From positions 135,047,921 to 135,111,920 of the forward strand of contig NC_068983.1 in the NCBI RefSeq assembly GCF_001194135.2: DNA of 64,000 nt, written 5' to 3'. The notes beneath the pieces are model-generated. The model saw nothing but the letters and a program-made list of their open reading frames with translations. It had not been told where the DNA came from and ran no database searches. How positions within the stretch are numbered: the stretch's first letter is position 1; each line of letters begins with the position of its first letter. Source of the DNA: Octopus bimaculoides. Taxonomy: Eukaryota. Positions 24,670 to 38,065 of the stretch are shown here, in pieces. Position numbers and translations under genes: made by a program.

Positions 24670-27600
24670 TCCAACTCATTCCAGCATGGAAAACAGATGT
24701 TAAATGTTGATGATGATGTTGTTGTTACACATAACAGAAGTTTCTGTTGAATGTTGAAATCTCTCTTTGAATTCAGATACTGAATGACTGAAAAAGTTTC
24801 TGAAAAGCTTGGCTAAACAGTAACTCTAGTGCCATCTAGAGTTCTCCAACAAACTAGTGTTCAAAGAAATGCTATACACTCTAAAGCAGAAATCAAATTC
24901 CTCACAAAGAAGTAGTCAGATAACAAAGGCACTTAGCAACGACAGCCTCCTGAGAGAGGTGTACAAATATACAACAACCAACTAACCAGATGCGTCTACT
25001 AAATATGGCTCCATGCATCTTTTCCAGCTGTTCAAGAATTCTATCAATATACAAAAATGAACAAAACACGAGAGACAGACACTTACAGCAGTATTTCTCT
25101 TCACAGATCTGTGCTTATGTTACCTTTGACTGATTTAATATTTACCTTGATGATACTGTTCACCTAGGTATCTAGTGTGGATTTAGGTCACTGGCAAATA
25201 AAAATATTAGTGTCACCAAGTATCACAGAACTAAAAATGCAGAAGGCTACTTCCATTGATGCATTAGACAACTTACTGCTATCTATTCACATACACAACA
25301 ATACCTGCCACTTAGATATAGAACTGTGTTTCTGTAATTTAATATTTTTTTCATAGTGACTAATCCATTGGTAAACACCATGGTTAATATTCTCTCTAAT
25401 TGGCACAAGTGCTTGAGAATGATTTGTGTGCGTGTGTGTATGTCTTCAGAAGAGATCTGTTCTTGATTCTGTTTCCAGAATTTCTATTTGAATAATAGCT
25501 TCTAATCTGCATGCCAAATAGAATGATTAGTCATCTGAGGTTACAATGAAATCATGGTAGCTACTGCTCATTCTATTGGTGAGATATTTGTAGATTTTTC
25601 CTGTTTCAAATGTTACCAAGCAAGAATATATTCTTGTGTCTGTCCTCTTCAAGCTGTTCTGCAGGCTGCATTCAGTAACTTTGGCAGCAATAAGAATGAT
25701 ATATCCAGTTCTGATTCTTTAATTCATAATAACATGGACAAAATCCAGCAAAATAATGATTACCTATTTATTTCTAACATCTACATTGGACATTTCTCAG
25801 TACATTGTTGAATGCAGTTTTTCTGCTCAAAATCTTATGGGCAGGGTGTGATTTGAAGATTTGGCTGAAGGTAAGTAAATGGGAAAGAATTGAAATGAAG
25901 GACTGGTGAAAAGGTGGAAGGCCAACCAAGTGAGAGAGTTTAAGGTTCAGAATTCTGGAATGAGAGGTAAATGAAAGGGGAAAGAAGTTAAGTATAGTGG
26001 GGAAAGTAAACAAGTAGTTCATTTTCTTAAATGGGTTCCCTCCCCTCCCTTGAACTCCTTGTATTTCCTTTTTAACCCTTGTTGAGGTATTGATTCTTTC
26101 TACTTTCCCTCGCCAGTTCTTATAGTTATCTCCTTTCATTCTCTTTACATTCCAGGCTTTAAATCCAAGACTAGTCTAGCATGGCATTTATATCACTATG
26201 GTGGTAAAATGCTCAAACCTCATCAATTCCCCTCATCTTGCAATGCTTATAAAACTAAAAATAGCATACATGGAAAAAGCAAAAAGAAAAGCTACCAACA
26301 GATATACTTGAGTATAATCAAGAAACCATTATTTATACGAAAGATTTCTCCCTCCCTCTCTTTTTATATCTCATGCTTTCTCATTTTATATCTCTCTCTC
26401 ACCTTTATAACAATTCACAGGGGAAATGTCCTCAGTTCTTACCAACCATAGTTATTAAGAACCCCTTTCTGCAACAGCAGAAGTTGCGAAGGTTATGAAG
26501 ACTTCCTTTCTATCTTGAAGTATGTCAAATTTCATGCAATGAATATGATAAGATGTAAAATGAGAGGAAAGAGATGACTAAAAAACAGTGACAGTCTCCT
26601 AAATAAGAAATACTGCTTCATCCTGTTTATTTCTGGGTGGTTGAGAACTTTGTTTCTCAACCATGTGGTTTAGGGTTCAGTCCCACTGCATGGTTGAGTG
26701 TCTTACTTTAGCCCCAGATCAAACAAGGTCTTTTTACTGGATATGGTAGGTGGAAACTGAAAGATGACAAGCATAGTGTGTGCACGCATGCAGTGTCATT
26801 TGCTTCCCGTGTAAAACAGGTTCATCCTCTAGCATTTTAAACACTATGAAGATTAATACTGCAATTCATAGAATGTAATATCTGAACATTAAATAAATAT
26901 AAATACTATCTATACACCATTATCTGAAAGAGACATGAGAAACAAAATTTGCTGTCAAAGTTGTTTCTGTACCTCATACTACCACTACATTAAAACTGTC
27001 ACGTTTTCAACACTGCTTTACCAAAGAGAACCTCAGGCCCAAGATCTTTGCCATTCATTTATTGTAGGAATGTTTGAGTTGTTTAAGTTTGAAAGCATCT
27101 TTGAGAAAGAGCAAAGCTGTTTCAAGTCAGATATAAATCAACAAGATTACTAAAAACTGTATTTGTACCTTAATATGAAGGTATAGACACAATAAAGCAC
27201 TTTGCTTTATTGCTTACATTTTGTATTTAAGACAAATTTAATATATAAACAGATATGTGGTGCATGATGGGGAAAAAAGTCTTCAGCTTTGTGTGTGTGT
27301 GAGAGAAAGAGAGAGAGAGATGTGAAGAGAAATTTCAATCTTCTGTGAATTTGCAGGAAAATGGTCTGCTGGAGAATATCCAAAAATGAACACCACAGGA
27401 ACCTGCTTATACATGTACCCAAGAATGTTACAATTTACAGTTAGTTCAATCTTAAGATTGTCAAGCTACATGTTGAAACACATAGTTTGTAATATGTGAC
27501 ATGCATTTTGTATATAGTCCACCTAGCTGAGGGAAGCACATACAATACATTTAAGTCAAATAATAACATACAGACTCAAAATGATAAAGGAGAAATTTCA

Positions 27601-28540
27601 CATAAAACTAGTATTTGGTTACTTTTCTAGTTGAGACATAAAATGCCAAGAAGCCTTTTGTACACCGATTCTGTTAATCTAGCAGGTCACAAAAATGGAA
27701 AGATTTCTAAGAGACAGGATGTGCACCTTAAATTGCAGCCAGTACCAACACAGACTTTTTTCACTCAAAAGGGAAAGAGTCTAAAATAAGATGCATGGCA
27801 ATTGAACTTATCAAACTCCATTTGACTAATTACTGCTGACACAGATCACTAATTGTCATGTATTCACAATCACCATAAGAATGTAAAATGTTGGTCTCCA
27901 GAAAGAAAGGTCATTGAGAACATTCTCAAACACAATATCAATGCTAAATTGAGCTATAGTCAAAAGCAATTCCAGACAACCAAGAAAAAATGAAGTGATG
28001 TTATACCATATCAATTTGCTGCCAAATAAATGATTTGGTAAAAGAAACATTGAAATGAGGAAAGCAATTTGGTGATTTTACAATACCAAGATGTAATTGT
28101 ATAAGAAAAATTTCACACTAAGGTTGTGTTCCAGCAGTCTTGATGGTTGATACAAAGATTTGGAAGTTGTAGAATATAATTTACAGTAACTATTAAAGGC
28201 ACTAAGTTGGCATATTTACTCTACAAATGATAGGTCCTAAGACTGGTTAGTGAAAGCATGTGGGTCGAATGGTTAAATTGTTTGAATCCTCAATTATAAG
28301 GTTTGGTTCCTACACCAGGTGGCACAATGGATACATGGACAGACATTTCCCATTGTCACAATCCATTTAGCTAAAAATGAGTGATGTCAGTGATACTTCA
28401 CAAGCCTGAAATTTTGCAAATGCATATTAATGAACTTCAAGCTTTACACAAATGAGTTTTTTTTTATTTTTTAAATTGAGGTATTTATGTAGCGTATACT
28501 CAAGTGAAATTCCTCTCTATTATATATACATACATACGAA

Positions 28541-29396
28541 TGTAATAGATAACAGCTAGCCTTTGGCCGCATTTTGGACCCCACTGTGTCCATTATTATT
28601 GATTGGTATTGGGGCAATTTGTCTTACTCTATCGCGCCAATACACAACATATAACCAATTGAAGCCCCTAAATAAGGTCATGCGTGACAGCCTGTTCTCA
28701 ACTCAGTTTTGAGCCTATAACTCATTATAAAAACCCAGCTTCTCATCTCGATGTCTTTCGGTTCCAGACCTTTTAAGCTCTAGCCACTGGCCACACAGGA
28801 CACAGCCAGTTCCAGCGACAACAAAACAGCAGTCATGTGGAGACTCACCAGCTTTGTCCATCTCCATCATTGTCCTAACATCAACATCTCTACAAACACA
28901 CCTCAACCTGGTTACAACACTGCACTGTTCATAAATTACTTCACCATAGATCAACAGCAGATATACAACCTGCAAGAACTTCTGTACCAGTTGACCCAGA
29001 CAGCAGCATCACAGCCACAACCAGCTCTGCATCATTGCTGCAACTTCTTGATACTACGAACTGGTATTTATCATTTCTGTGTCGATGAACTTACTCCTCA
29101 CTTCGATGGCTATAGACTCTTTCACTGTCTCTTCATCGCCAACCTTTTATGTTAACACATACGGCTATGCCTACGTACACACGCATACATCTTATTCTTA
29201 TGACAGTGTTGTTCTGTATATACGATGCACACACAATCACACATTAACGTATCAATAAATCTCTTAAACATTCTACCTGGTTGTGTCTTTTTTTCCCTCT
29301 GGCATATATATGCATTGTTCTATTTCTATTTATTGTATCGACCGTGTGATGTACTAAGGAGCCATTCTCGTCTCCTTGCTTTGCACAGATGTTACA
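28541..29396 (+). mobile_element. LTR (TGTAA...TTACA) followed by primer-binding site; internal region absent
   Basis: Terminal TGTAA/TTACA inverted ends, TATAAAAA at 28726 and AATAAA at 29254. Immediately 3' is AAT-TGGTGACCC (29400-29408). Confidence 0.7.
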
Positions 29397-29520
29397 AATT
29401 GGTGACCCATTCCAGCTCGTTGAAACTACAAAAATAATTATAATAGGAAGAGGAGATACTCCACAGGTATTACAAACCTTCCATTCCATTATATACTTAT
29501 AACAAATGAATAAAGGGCAA

Positions 29521-29811
29521 CATTCGAGCAAGATCATTGCCAGTACTGCCGGACTGGCTCCTGTGCAGGTGGCACGTAAAATACACCATTTTGAGCGTGG
29601 CCGTTGCGAGTACCGCCTGACTGGCCTTTGTGCCGGTGGTAGTAAAAGCACCCACTACACTCTTGGAGTGGTTGGCATTAAGAAGAGCATCCAGCTGTAG
29701 AAACTGCCAAATCAGATTGGAACCTGATGTAGCCATCTGGTTCGCCAGTCCTCAGTCAAATCGTCGAACCCATGATAGCATGGAAGGTGGAGGTTAAACG
29801 ATAATGATGAT
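29521..29811 (+). mobile_element. RTE 3'UTR fragment
   Basis: Aligns with 20050-20336, including ggcacgtaaa...gcacccactacactc...ggcatccagctgtagaaac and the gat tail. Confidence 0.85.
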
Positions 29812-30736
29812 ACACTGCAAAAAAAACAATGAACTATTTGGTCACATATACACTATCCACCATTTAACGTCTGCTTTTCATGCTGAACTGACATTGGTTG
29901 GACAGTTTGACTGAGGACTGGCAAATGCTTCAATATTTTTATGCAAGACTCCAACAATGAAATTATCTCCCTTGTAAAGTAAAGAGTTTTTGAGAAAAAG
30001 AAAAAACGACGCAAAGTTGATTTGGTTGATTTAAGAGACCAGGAGTGAAACATTGTTATCAAATTTTGCATCTGGACAACTTTAGAATTTAAGTTAAATT
30101 TTCTGGTGTATTTTGAAACTAACTATAGAATAGATAGTGGCAGTTAAATTTGTAACTAAGAAATTATATTAAATAAGAGGAATAGAAGTTTTAATGTAAT
30201 TTCGAGGAACACAAATCCTTGACAGTCCTTTGGTTAAAATCAAGACATGGTTAATCATGTTTAATTCTAAGAACTTGAATACACTTCAAATATCTCAAAA
30301 GACTGAAGACGTTGTTGAGCTTTTTAAGCAAAAAAAGTGCATAAAATCCAATCCCAAGTCAAATGTGTAGTTTCTTTATCCTAGATGGTCTCATTCCATG
30401 TGAGCAACTAACTTTAAAAAAAAAAAAAATTCCTCTTGGTCAATTTGGTACTTTTTCAATTCAAATACGATGGAAATTTTCCATTATAGTAAACATCAAC
30501 TGATCTAATAAGAAAAACAAATACAAGTATTATGAAAACTGTTCCTGTCTTTAACCAAAGATGTAGTTTGTTCATTTGTAAAATCATTAACATCACTAAA
30601 GCACAAGAAGGTTTAAGGTTTTTATTTTCACCTGCATGGCAAAAGCCTTTTACAGTCTAATAGTTGGTATCTGATATTTTTCAAACAGAACTTCTAACAT
30701 AGTAGACTTATTTTGTTATCTAAACCCAGATACGTT

Positions 30737-30742
30737 TTTATT
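30737..30742 (-). other. Candidate AATAAA polyadenylation signal for AK (another at 30621-30626)
   Basis: tttatt on + just downstream of the stop. The context is AT-rich, so evidence is weak. Confidence 0.3.
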
Positions 30743-30758
30743 TTACAATTGAAAAAAG

Positions 30759-30901
30759 TTAACTGCTGGTTTCCTCACGAATGATCTCATTGACACCTCT
30801 CATCATTTCAGTGACAGCCTCATACTCTGTGAGACCCATACGGCGTTTATTAGAGATATCATAGACACCGCCAACACTTTCTGTATGTTCACCATGGATA
30901 C
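30759..30901 (-). CDS. AK: Arginine kinase last coding exon: (G)[46 protein letters not shown]
   Basis: TTTTAG acceptor; GEHTES and DISNKRRMG motifs; TAA at 30761-30759. Exon lengths sum to 1050 nt (isoform A, 349 aa) or 1047 nt (isoform B, 348 aa). Confidence 0.96.
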
Positions 30902-31008
30902 CTAAAATTGAAATAAAAATTAATAAATATTGAATATTTAAAATTAAAAGGTTCTAAAAAATTTTATATCTCAAATTTCAAAAAATGCAAGAAGGCAAAA
31001 TCTTTTAC

Positions 31009-31189
31009 CTCTGGCCTGGAGGTTGTATTTGTCGCAGATACTTTTGAAGTCTGGTCTCTGAGAAAGCTTAGGGATCTTAATATGCACACTAGCCCTCATG
31101 GTAGTACCCAAGTTGCTTGGGCAGAATGTCAAGTAACCCATGTTGTCTTTCTTTGCAAACTTCAGTTTCTTCTCCATTTGATGGATAGC
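31009..31189 (-). CDS. AK: Arginine kinase exon 5: AIHQMEKKLKFAKKDNMGYLTFCPSNLGTTMRASVHIKIPKLSQRPDFKSICDKYNLQAR(G)
   Basis: TTTTTCAAG acceptor, GTAAAA donor. CPSNLGT active-site signature with the reactive Cys. Confidence 0.97.
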
Positions 31190-32555
31190 CTTGAAAAAGA
31201 TGATTGATTAAATATAAAATATGGACATAAAAATTTGCAATTAAAAAAAATCTGTTTTACTTAAGTTTTAAGTTAAAGATCTGATTATTCCTATGAATGG
31301 AAGGTTACAGAACTTATCTTGAAAGAAATCTCAATTTAATATTAGGGAATACTCTTCAAAACAGTAAATGAAGAAACCACTTTGGTCTTTTTTTTAAACC
31401 ATCCAGAATCTAAAACCTAACCAATATAAGTTGAGGGGACCTCTACTTTACCATGTTAAAAGCAACTAAATACATATCAAGAAGCAGGGATACACACTAT
31501 ACAACAGTATGATCATAGCTGGAATATTTTTCAGGCCAGCCTGAGGCTAAACAATGTTTTAAGAGATATTACTATATTGTATAAACTTAGTCTTCTTTTA
31601 TGAACCACCTCTTGGCAATGTTTATAAAGTGATTGAGAAAGTATTAAAAAAAAAAAAGAAAACTATTCAAATTCTAAATACCACTTAAATTTACTTTGAT
31701 ATGTTATTTCAGCATATTTATATCTTTAGAACAGTAAATGGCAGTTAAATTAATAAACGAAGCAGTTAAATTGTATATTCCTTAACAGAAGGTTTATGAG
31801 ACTAATTAAATGAATTTTTTAAAGTTTCATAGAATAATTTAACAAATTAGTGGGTAGTGTATTTATACTGAGAACTAGAAGAGTAGAATTAAAATTACTG
31901 TTAGAGAGAGAGAGAGTGTGTGTGTGTGTGTGTGNNNNNNNNNNAAAAAAAAAAAAAAAAAAAAAACTATATAAGCAGCAAGCTTGAAGTGGAAAGTATG
32001 AAAGAGGAACAAAGTCTTCATAAACAGTGTAGTCCAAGTGGAAGTGTTACTAGAAATGGGATGAAGAGAATCAGAAGCTAATGGAACCAAGAGATATCAG
32101 CTTTAGATAATAGTTTAGAATTTGTAAAATGAATCCATACAAACAAACTGAAGTTTTAATTGGATAGGGTAATTTTTAAACATTGAGAGCACTAAATGTT
32201 TACTCTACAATTAGTCATATGAACAGATGCATTTCAGCTATGAATAAGCTTTTTCAGGTTTGGTGTAACTAAGACTATCACCCATCAAATGTAGTCCTTA
32301 TAAATGATATGAGCATGATAAAGATGACCGATAATAAAATTACTGGTAACTAATATATAAACATCTAGTACATCCAACTCTGACCAAAATTGAATCTACC
32401 ATTAAACTTTGCTCAACAACCAATGCAAGTTTAAAAAATATCCCCTAATCCAAAGCAGTCAATCTTTCCTGTTAACAGTTTCATCTTGTGGAAATCAAAA
32501 GCAAAGAAAATTTTTATATGTATAGAAAGTGGAGAATTCTAATTCAGATACTTAC

Positions 32556-32721
32556 ATTGACCAACCTCTTGTAGACTTCACCCAAGTTACCACCCTTCTG
32601 CATGGAAATCAACCTAAGATGATCTTCCTCATTGACCCAGCACAGAAAAGTCTTATTGGCACTGAAGTAGATGCCTCTGCCAACAGGCCAGTCATCATAA
32701 CCACTAGCTGCCTTCAAGAAT
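32556..32721 (-). CDS. AK: Arginine kinase exon 4: (R)[55 protein letters not shown]
   Basis: TTTCAG acceptor, GTAAGT donor. Contains the catalytic NEEDH motif. Translated by hand; absent from the ORF track. Confidence 0.97.
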
Positions 32722-34400
32722 CTGAAATGTAATAATGGATCAGTTGCAATGGTATATAAGGTGGTTGTACATGCCTAGATTACAAGCAAGAAGAATAAAA
32801 GAATTCAAAGCAGCAATGTAGGTTTCTTGATATTCACAATTCTTGTCCAACAGAAACAAAATGTTTTATCAAAACCATGTACAGCTTTGATTAAACAAAC
32901 AAAAAATTGAAGTAAATACATTTAAAAACATACATACATTCATCTACTTATTTCACTTTTAGAAAGAAAAAAAATTATTTCCAAAAGATAATTGTGCAAT
33001 CTTTGCCCCTCAAATGCTTGTACTTATGAACTTAATATTATTAACATACTGGGTTTTTGTTTTCCTCCCTTACAGTACATCCCACTGTGTTCTTTTCTCT
33101 GTGTGATTTTTACTCAATCTCACCCAGAATTTGAAAAAACTAAAACAAGGACACAAGCCATAGCTCCTTTATCAGACATTTTATTTGTACACTAAAACAC
33201 ATATTCATCCACCATTTTAAATAGTCTGATAACACATTCATCTCTCAGTCATATTAAAAGTAATTAGCTCATAAATATTTCATTTGCTAACGATGAGGAC
33301 CATCCTTTCTTGCAATGAATATCAGAATATTCATTAGAAATTAAATGCTATTAGAAGTTATTTTATGCTGAAGGGCAGGGAGTTTTATGTATCTCCTTCC
33401 AATTACGCTACACTGTACCTTAGAATATATCTAGAGTTTTTGACAATATGAAATGTATAGACAGATGTAAACACTATCTAAATATCTTGGTGTACAAACA
33501 TTGAGGGATTAATCAGAGTAGTTTCAATCCAATTTGGATTTCAATGACTGAGCCCCCTCTTCAACTGTTCACTGAAAACTGCCTACAAGCCCATTATTAT
33601 TAAGGGGTAAAGCAAATCAGACTAATTTGCACATTATGTATTATCTAGTTTGATGAATAAATTACTGGTGCATCAGTCAATTTGTTTCAATGCTACCCTG
33701 CAAAATATATCAAAAGACAGTGTTTACATCTGTCTGTACACATGCTGGCATGGAAATGATGATTTGAGCTAATACTACATATAGACAAATGTATACACTT
33801 TGTCTTTTTGTATTTAAAAGACATTATAGAGTTCCTTTTCCATCAAAAGGATGCAATGTATAATTGTGTGGTTAAGAAGAAGTTCACTTTGCAATCACAA
33901 GGTTTGGGGTTCTACCAGTTGCATAATAATTTGAGTGTCTTCTGTCAAAGCTTTAAAGGTGACCAATACATTTCAAGAGAAAGTTTAGAAACTGTATGGA
34001 AGTCAGCCAAACACACACACACACACACAGTGTATATTGTTTATCTCAGCAAAGAAAGCAGAATATCCATGACTAGTATTCTGCTTTCTTTGCTAATGTT
34101 TATATCCTTCACCAATGAGGTCTGATGAGATGTTTGTTCCACACAGACTCCATTGTCACTTGGTGTAAGAAACTGTACCAGTAATCAACTAATTATCAAC
34201 CTGTGATCTGCAACACTATTATTTACAAATTGCAATATGAAAACAGCAAAGTGAATAATTTCTTCAATATCAGCAGACCAAAAATATTTTAACTTTTCCC
34301 TCTAAATTATTGAGTCAGCAGTAATTATGACACAATTTAAGTAGAATTTTTAAAATGATGAAATCCCCAACAGAATAGAGCAATCACAACTTTAACTAAC

Positions 34401-34549
34401 CTGTCAGAATCGTTAAAGAGGAAATGATCGTCAGTCAGTTGCTTCTGAACTTCAGGAGTCATGTTGCTGAGGGGGTAATAGCTACCAGCCAATTCACCGT
34501 CAAGGGATTTCAAAGCCTCAACGGACACTTGTTCCATTTTAACACGGTC
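34401..34549 (-). CDS. AK: Arginine kinase exon 3: DRVKMEQVSVEALKSLDGELAGSYYPLSNMTPEVQKQLTDDHFLFNDSD(R)
   Basis: CAATAG acceptor, GTTAGT donor. DDHFLF motif; phases consistent. Confidence 0.97.
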
Positions 34550-34960
34550 CTATTGAAAATAAAATCATTTAAATAATAAAATTACAAGGATTTAAAAGAG
34601 ATTTACAATAAACAACTTTAAAATATTAATAAATGTACTTTTTACAAGATAAGCACTGATGAAGTGAACAGTTCATCTAGACATTTGGTTAATATTCAGT
34701 TCCTAAATGAAAATTATCTAATCCCAATCTTGAATTTGTACAATTTTAGAAGACAAATTTTTCTTAATTACAAACACAATCTAAGTGCAACTCAAGAAAA
34801 TATTTTTAATAAAGCAAGCTTTATTATATATGCATCTTAACATGGCAAAAAAGTCATAAACATTACACTCTTTCATTAAAAGTTTGAATACCCTCAAATT
34901 ACTAAATATTAGCTACCAAGATAAAAACGCTCTATTTTAGATAAGTGTAAAGCAATATAC

Positions 34961-35220
34961 CTCTTTCTTAAGAACTGGTGGGAAGCCAAAACTGTCGTGG
35001 CTCCTGCCTACGCGGACACGTGTAGATACAATCAAGTTACCAGATGGATCAAGATCACCGATGTTCAAGTTATTGACATCACCAAAGTCTGGAACTGGGT
35101 GGGAGACTTTATCAATTTTATGGTAGTCCATGATAACGGCATCAAGGACTTCAGCAAATACAGTGTATGCATCGGGATCGCTAGCGTAGATACCTACACC
35201 GCTGTCAGGGTTTTTGCAAC
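34961..35220 (-). CDS. AK: Arginine kinase exon 2: (G)CKNPDSGVGIYASDPDAYTVFAEVLDAVIMDYHKIDKVSHPVPDFGDVNNLNIGDLDPSGNLIVSTRVRVGRSHDSFGFPPVLKKE
   Basis: TTTTCTAG acceptor (phase 1), GTATAT donor. Contains the DSGVGIYA guanidino-specificity region and STRVRVGRS. Confidence 0.97.
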
Positions 35221-37715
35221 CTAGAAAATTAAGGAAAATATGGTCAAGAATTTATACGGAAAAAGAATTTATACGGTAAAAGTTTGGTCAAGCATGAATT
35301 TGAATACCTAGTGCAAAACTGTATGATAAATAAGATTGGCAATTTATATAGCAAACTTCAAATTCTTAGTCTCAATTCGAAAGTAAATCTGCAAGAAATA
35401 TGAACGTTCAATACAATACTAGAAAAATTACCTAATTCAAGCAAAGATAAACGATTTTGCATCTCATGACATCGCTATTCAAGGAGACACTGGTAATATC
35501 AACAGGAAAATATTTCTATAACAAAATTGGCAATACAAACAGCCCATAAATATTTTAATAGATAAGAGGAGATTCTTCATTCCACCGTAACGTAAACAGA
35601 AACCAGATGGAAAAAATAAAATAAAAGGCTCGAAATTATACGAGCTATGATAAGAAAATCAAACTAATTACAAAAAAAAACAAAAACAAAAAAAACTGTA
35701 CTTTTACGGCTTGAATTTTTCAAAAACATTTAAGACTAATTTTGATTGTTGTGCTTTCGCTAAAAACCACTCGTGCGCAGTCATTTCAACACTATACTGG
35801 TCATCACGTCGTCGCTTATTCCAGAATAATCTGGTACAGTCACTAGAATAGAAAATATCTAACATTCATAGTATATTCTGGTTTCCGTATTTCATCGAGT
35901 TAACTATATAGCCAAATGAGATTATGAAATTTATGCCGTTCCCAAGAAGTCAGTGACGAAATAGTTACAAATTAAAAACAAGGTCTAAGTTACACAATCA
36001 GGAAATTGACTCCATTGTTTGGCTGTTTACTCGGGATTCTACACATTGTAAACAAAAATTCCTGGATGATTATTAATTTACATTACTTCTCCAAAACACT
36101 CTTTAATATCTATTAAATGTTCAACATATTGCATCCCCACTTCTGTAGTTAATTCACTTCAATTCTTCCAACCATAAAATACTAACCTAGAATTCAACCA
36201 TAGCTTTATATTTCCACTATCCATCACAAAGTCTAAAGACCAAGAAAGCTGGTAAAGACAAATCGTTTGGAAAATGTGAGGAAGAGCAGTTATTTCGATT
36301 CAATTGTTGGCGATCATTCGTTTGAAGATCATAAAGTGAAAGTGAAGCACATTCAAAGTTTCTACTGCTTCCGTCTATCAAATCCACTCACCGGTCAGTC
36401 CAGGATACAGCAAAAAGGCACGCTCTTTTACTTGATGCTTCACTTTGTGATCAACTGAAAGCCCACCCAATTTTCCCTATTTAAATCATTTATCCTCTGG
36501 GCATTCGACATGTTTGGCTTTACTTGCCAGATTATCCGCAGATAATAAAACGAGAAAATCCTACGATGTTTGAAATGGACAATGTTTCGTCCACTATTCT
36601 GCATTTTAAAACTAATTGGTTTGTTTAAAAAGATGTATATGCGAATCGACTTGAACGTTTTGGTACATAATTTGTCTGACAATAAAGGTATAAAAAGGCA
36701 AATTTCACTAAGGAGGAAGTTAAAAGAAAATTAAATAATAAATTGCCTTTATTGCAGAAAACCTATGCAAAGACAATGAAAGTAATGTCCTCAATAATAA
36801 AAATATTAGTTTCTTTCAGCCAAACTATCAATGCCTGTAGTCTTCAATCCAATTTTCGTTTATGTACAAAATTTGCAGTTGTAATTAATTTTAAAAAATT
36901 GAATCAGTCTTTCATATTTTCCAGATATATAGAGTAAAATGTTAATTTTTTACATTATTGAATAACCTATTGTTTTATTCAGGTACTCAATTTTTTTTAC
37001 AAAACTTAAATCAACGACAGAGCCTCAATGAGATCGGTCGACATCTCTGACGTCTTAAAAACAAATAGTAAAGTATACTTTGAAAAAGAAATTGACGGCA
37101 TGGTTACAGATGGAACGCTGCTGGTTAACTGTTCGATCAGGCCTGACCTGAGGTTAGGTAACACATCAAGGTTGAAAAGTTAAAAGGAAAGTGAACAATC
37201 AAGTTTACACTCATATTAAAATGGCTACAAACGAAAAATTGGCACTACGAACTAATAACTAGGAAACAATAAAAGGAAAAACAAAACTAATTTTTTAAAG
37301 ACCTGATTATACAATATTTGACAACCGAGTACAGTCCGAACGTTAATTGCAAAGAGACAACGAAGTCACGTTGGGACTGTCTTAAGCACTTTCACTTTAG
37401 TTACAGGCAAGTTTTACACCTGACCTACACCTCAAAAGCAGAATTAATGTTCTGTCGACAATGAATCACCATTACAAAAACGAAAGTATACAAATATGAT
37501 ATTCCTAACTTATATCACTATGTATGTTGCAGTGAAAAGTCAAATTAATGGGACCACTTAAATAAACCCATGAAAAAAGTTACCAGGACGGACACACACA
37601 CAAATGTTTTAAGATATTGAATACAACGAATGTTTCACTTAAGTATAATGCTATTCGTTAAATAAGTTGTGCTGCCATAATGTCAGTTTAAAACCCATTA
37701 AAATAAATACATTAT

Positions 37716-38065
37716 ACTCTTTTACTTGTTTCAGGTATTTGACTGCGGCCATGCTGGAGCACCGCCTTTAGTCGAACAAATCTATCCCTGGACTTATTCT
37801 TTGTAAGCCTGGTGCTTATTCTATTAGTCTCTTGCCGAACCGCTAAGTTACGGGGACGTAAACACAGACACACAAACATATACACACACACATACACATA
37901 TATGACGGGCTTCTTTCAGTTTCCGTCTACCAAATCCACTCAGAATTCTTTGGTCGGCCCGAGGCTATAGTAGAAGACACTTGCCCAAGGCGCAACGCAG
38001 TGGGATTGAACCCGGAACCATGTGGTTGGTAAGCAAGCTACTTACCACACAGCCACTCCTGCGCC
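37716..38065 (-). mobile_element. Full-length tRNA-derived CORE-like SINE with 9-bp TSD in AK intron 1
   Basis: Minus head ggcgcaggagtggctgtgtgg...ccgggttcaatccc (A/B boxes) and ccttgggcaagtg core. atacattat lies on both sides (37707-37715 and 38067-38075). Confidence 0.9.

Noticed and set aside
28715-29155. ORFs of 86-106 aa on both strands
   Set aside because: They lie within the LTR and have no recognisable motif.
37990-38065. tRNA-like sequences (also 45504-45600, 7030-7120)
   Set aside because: These are SINE heads continuing into SINE bodies; no complete cloverleaf was seen.
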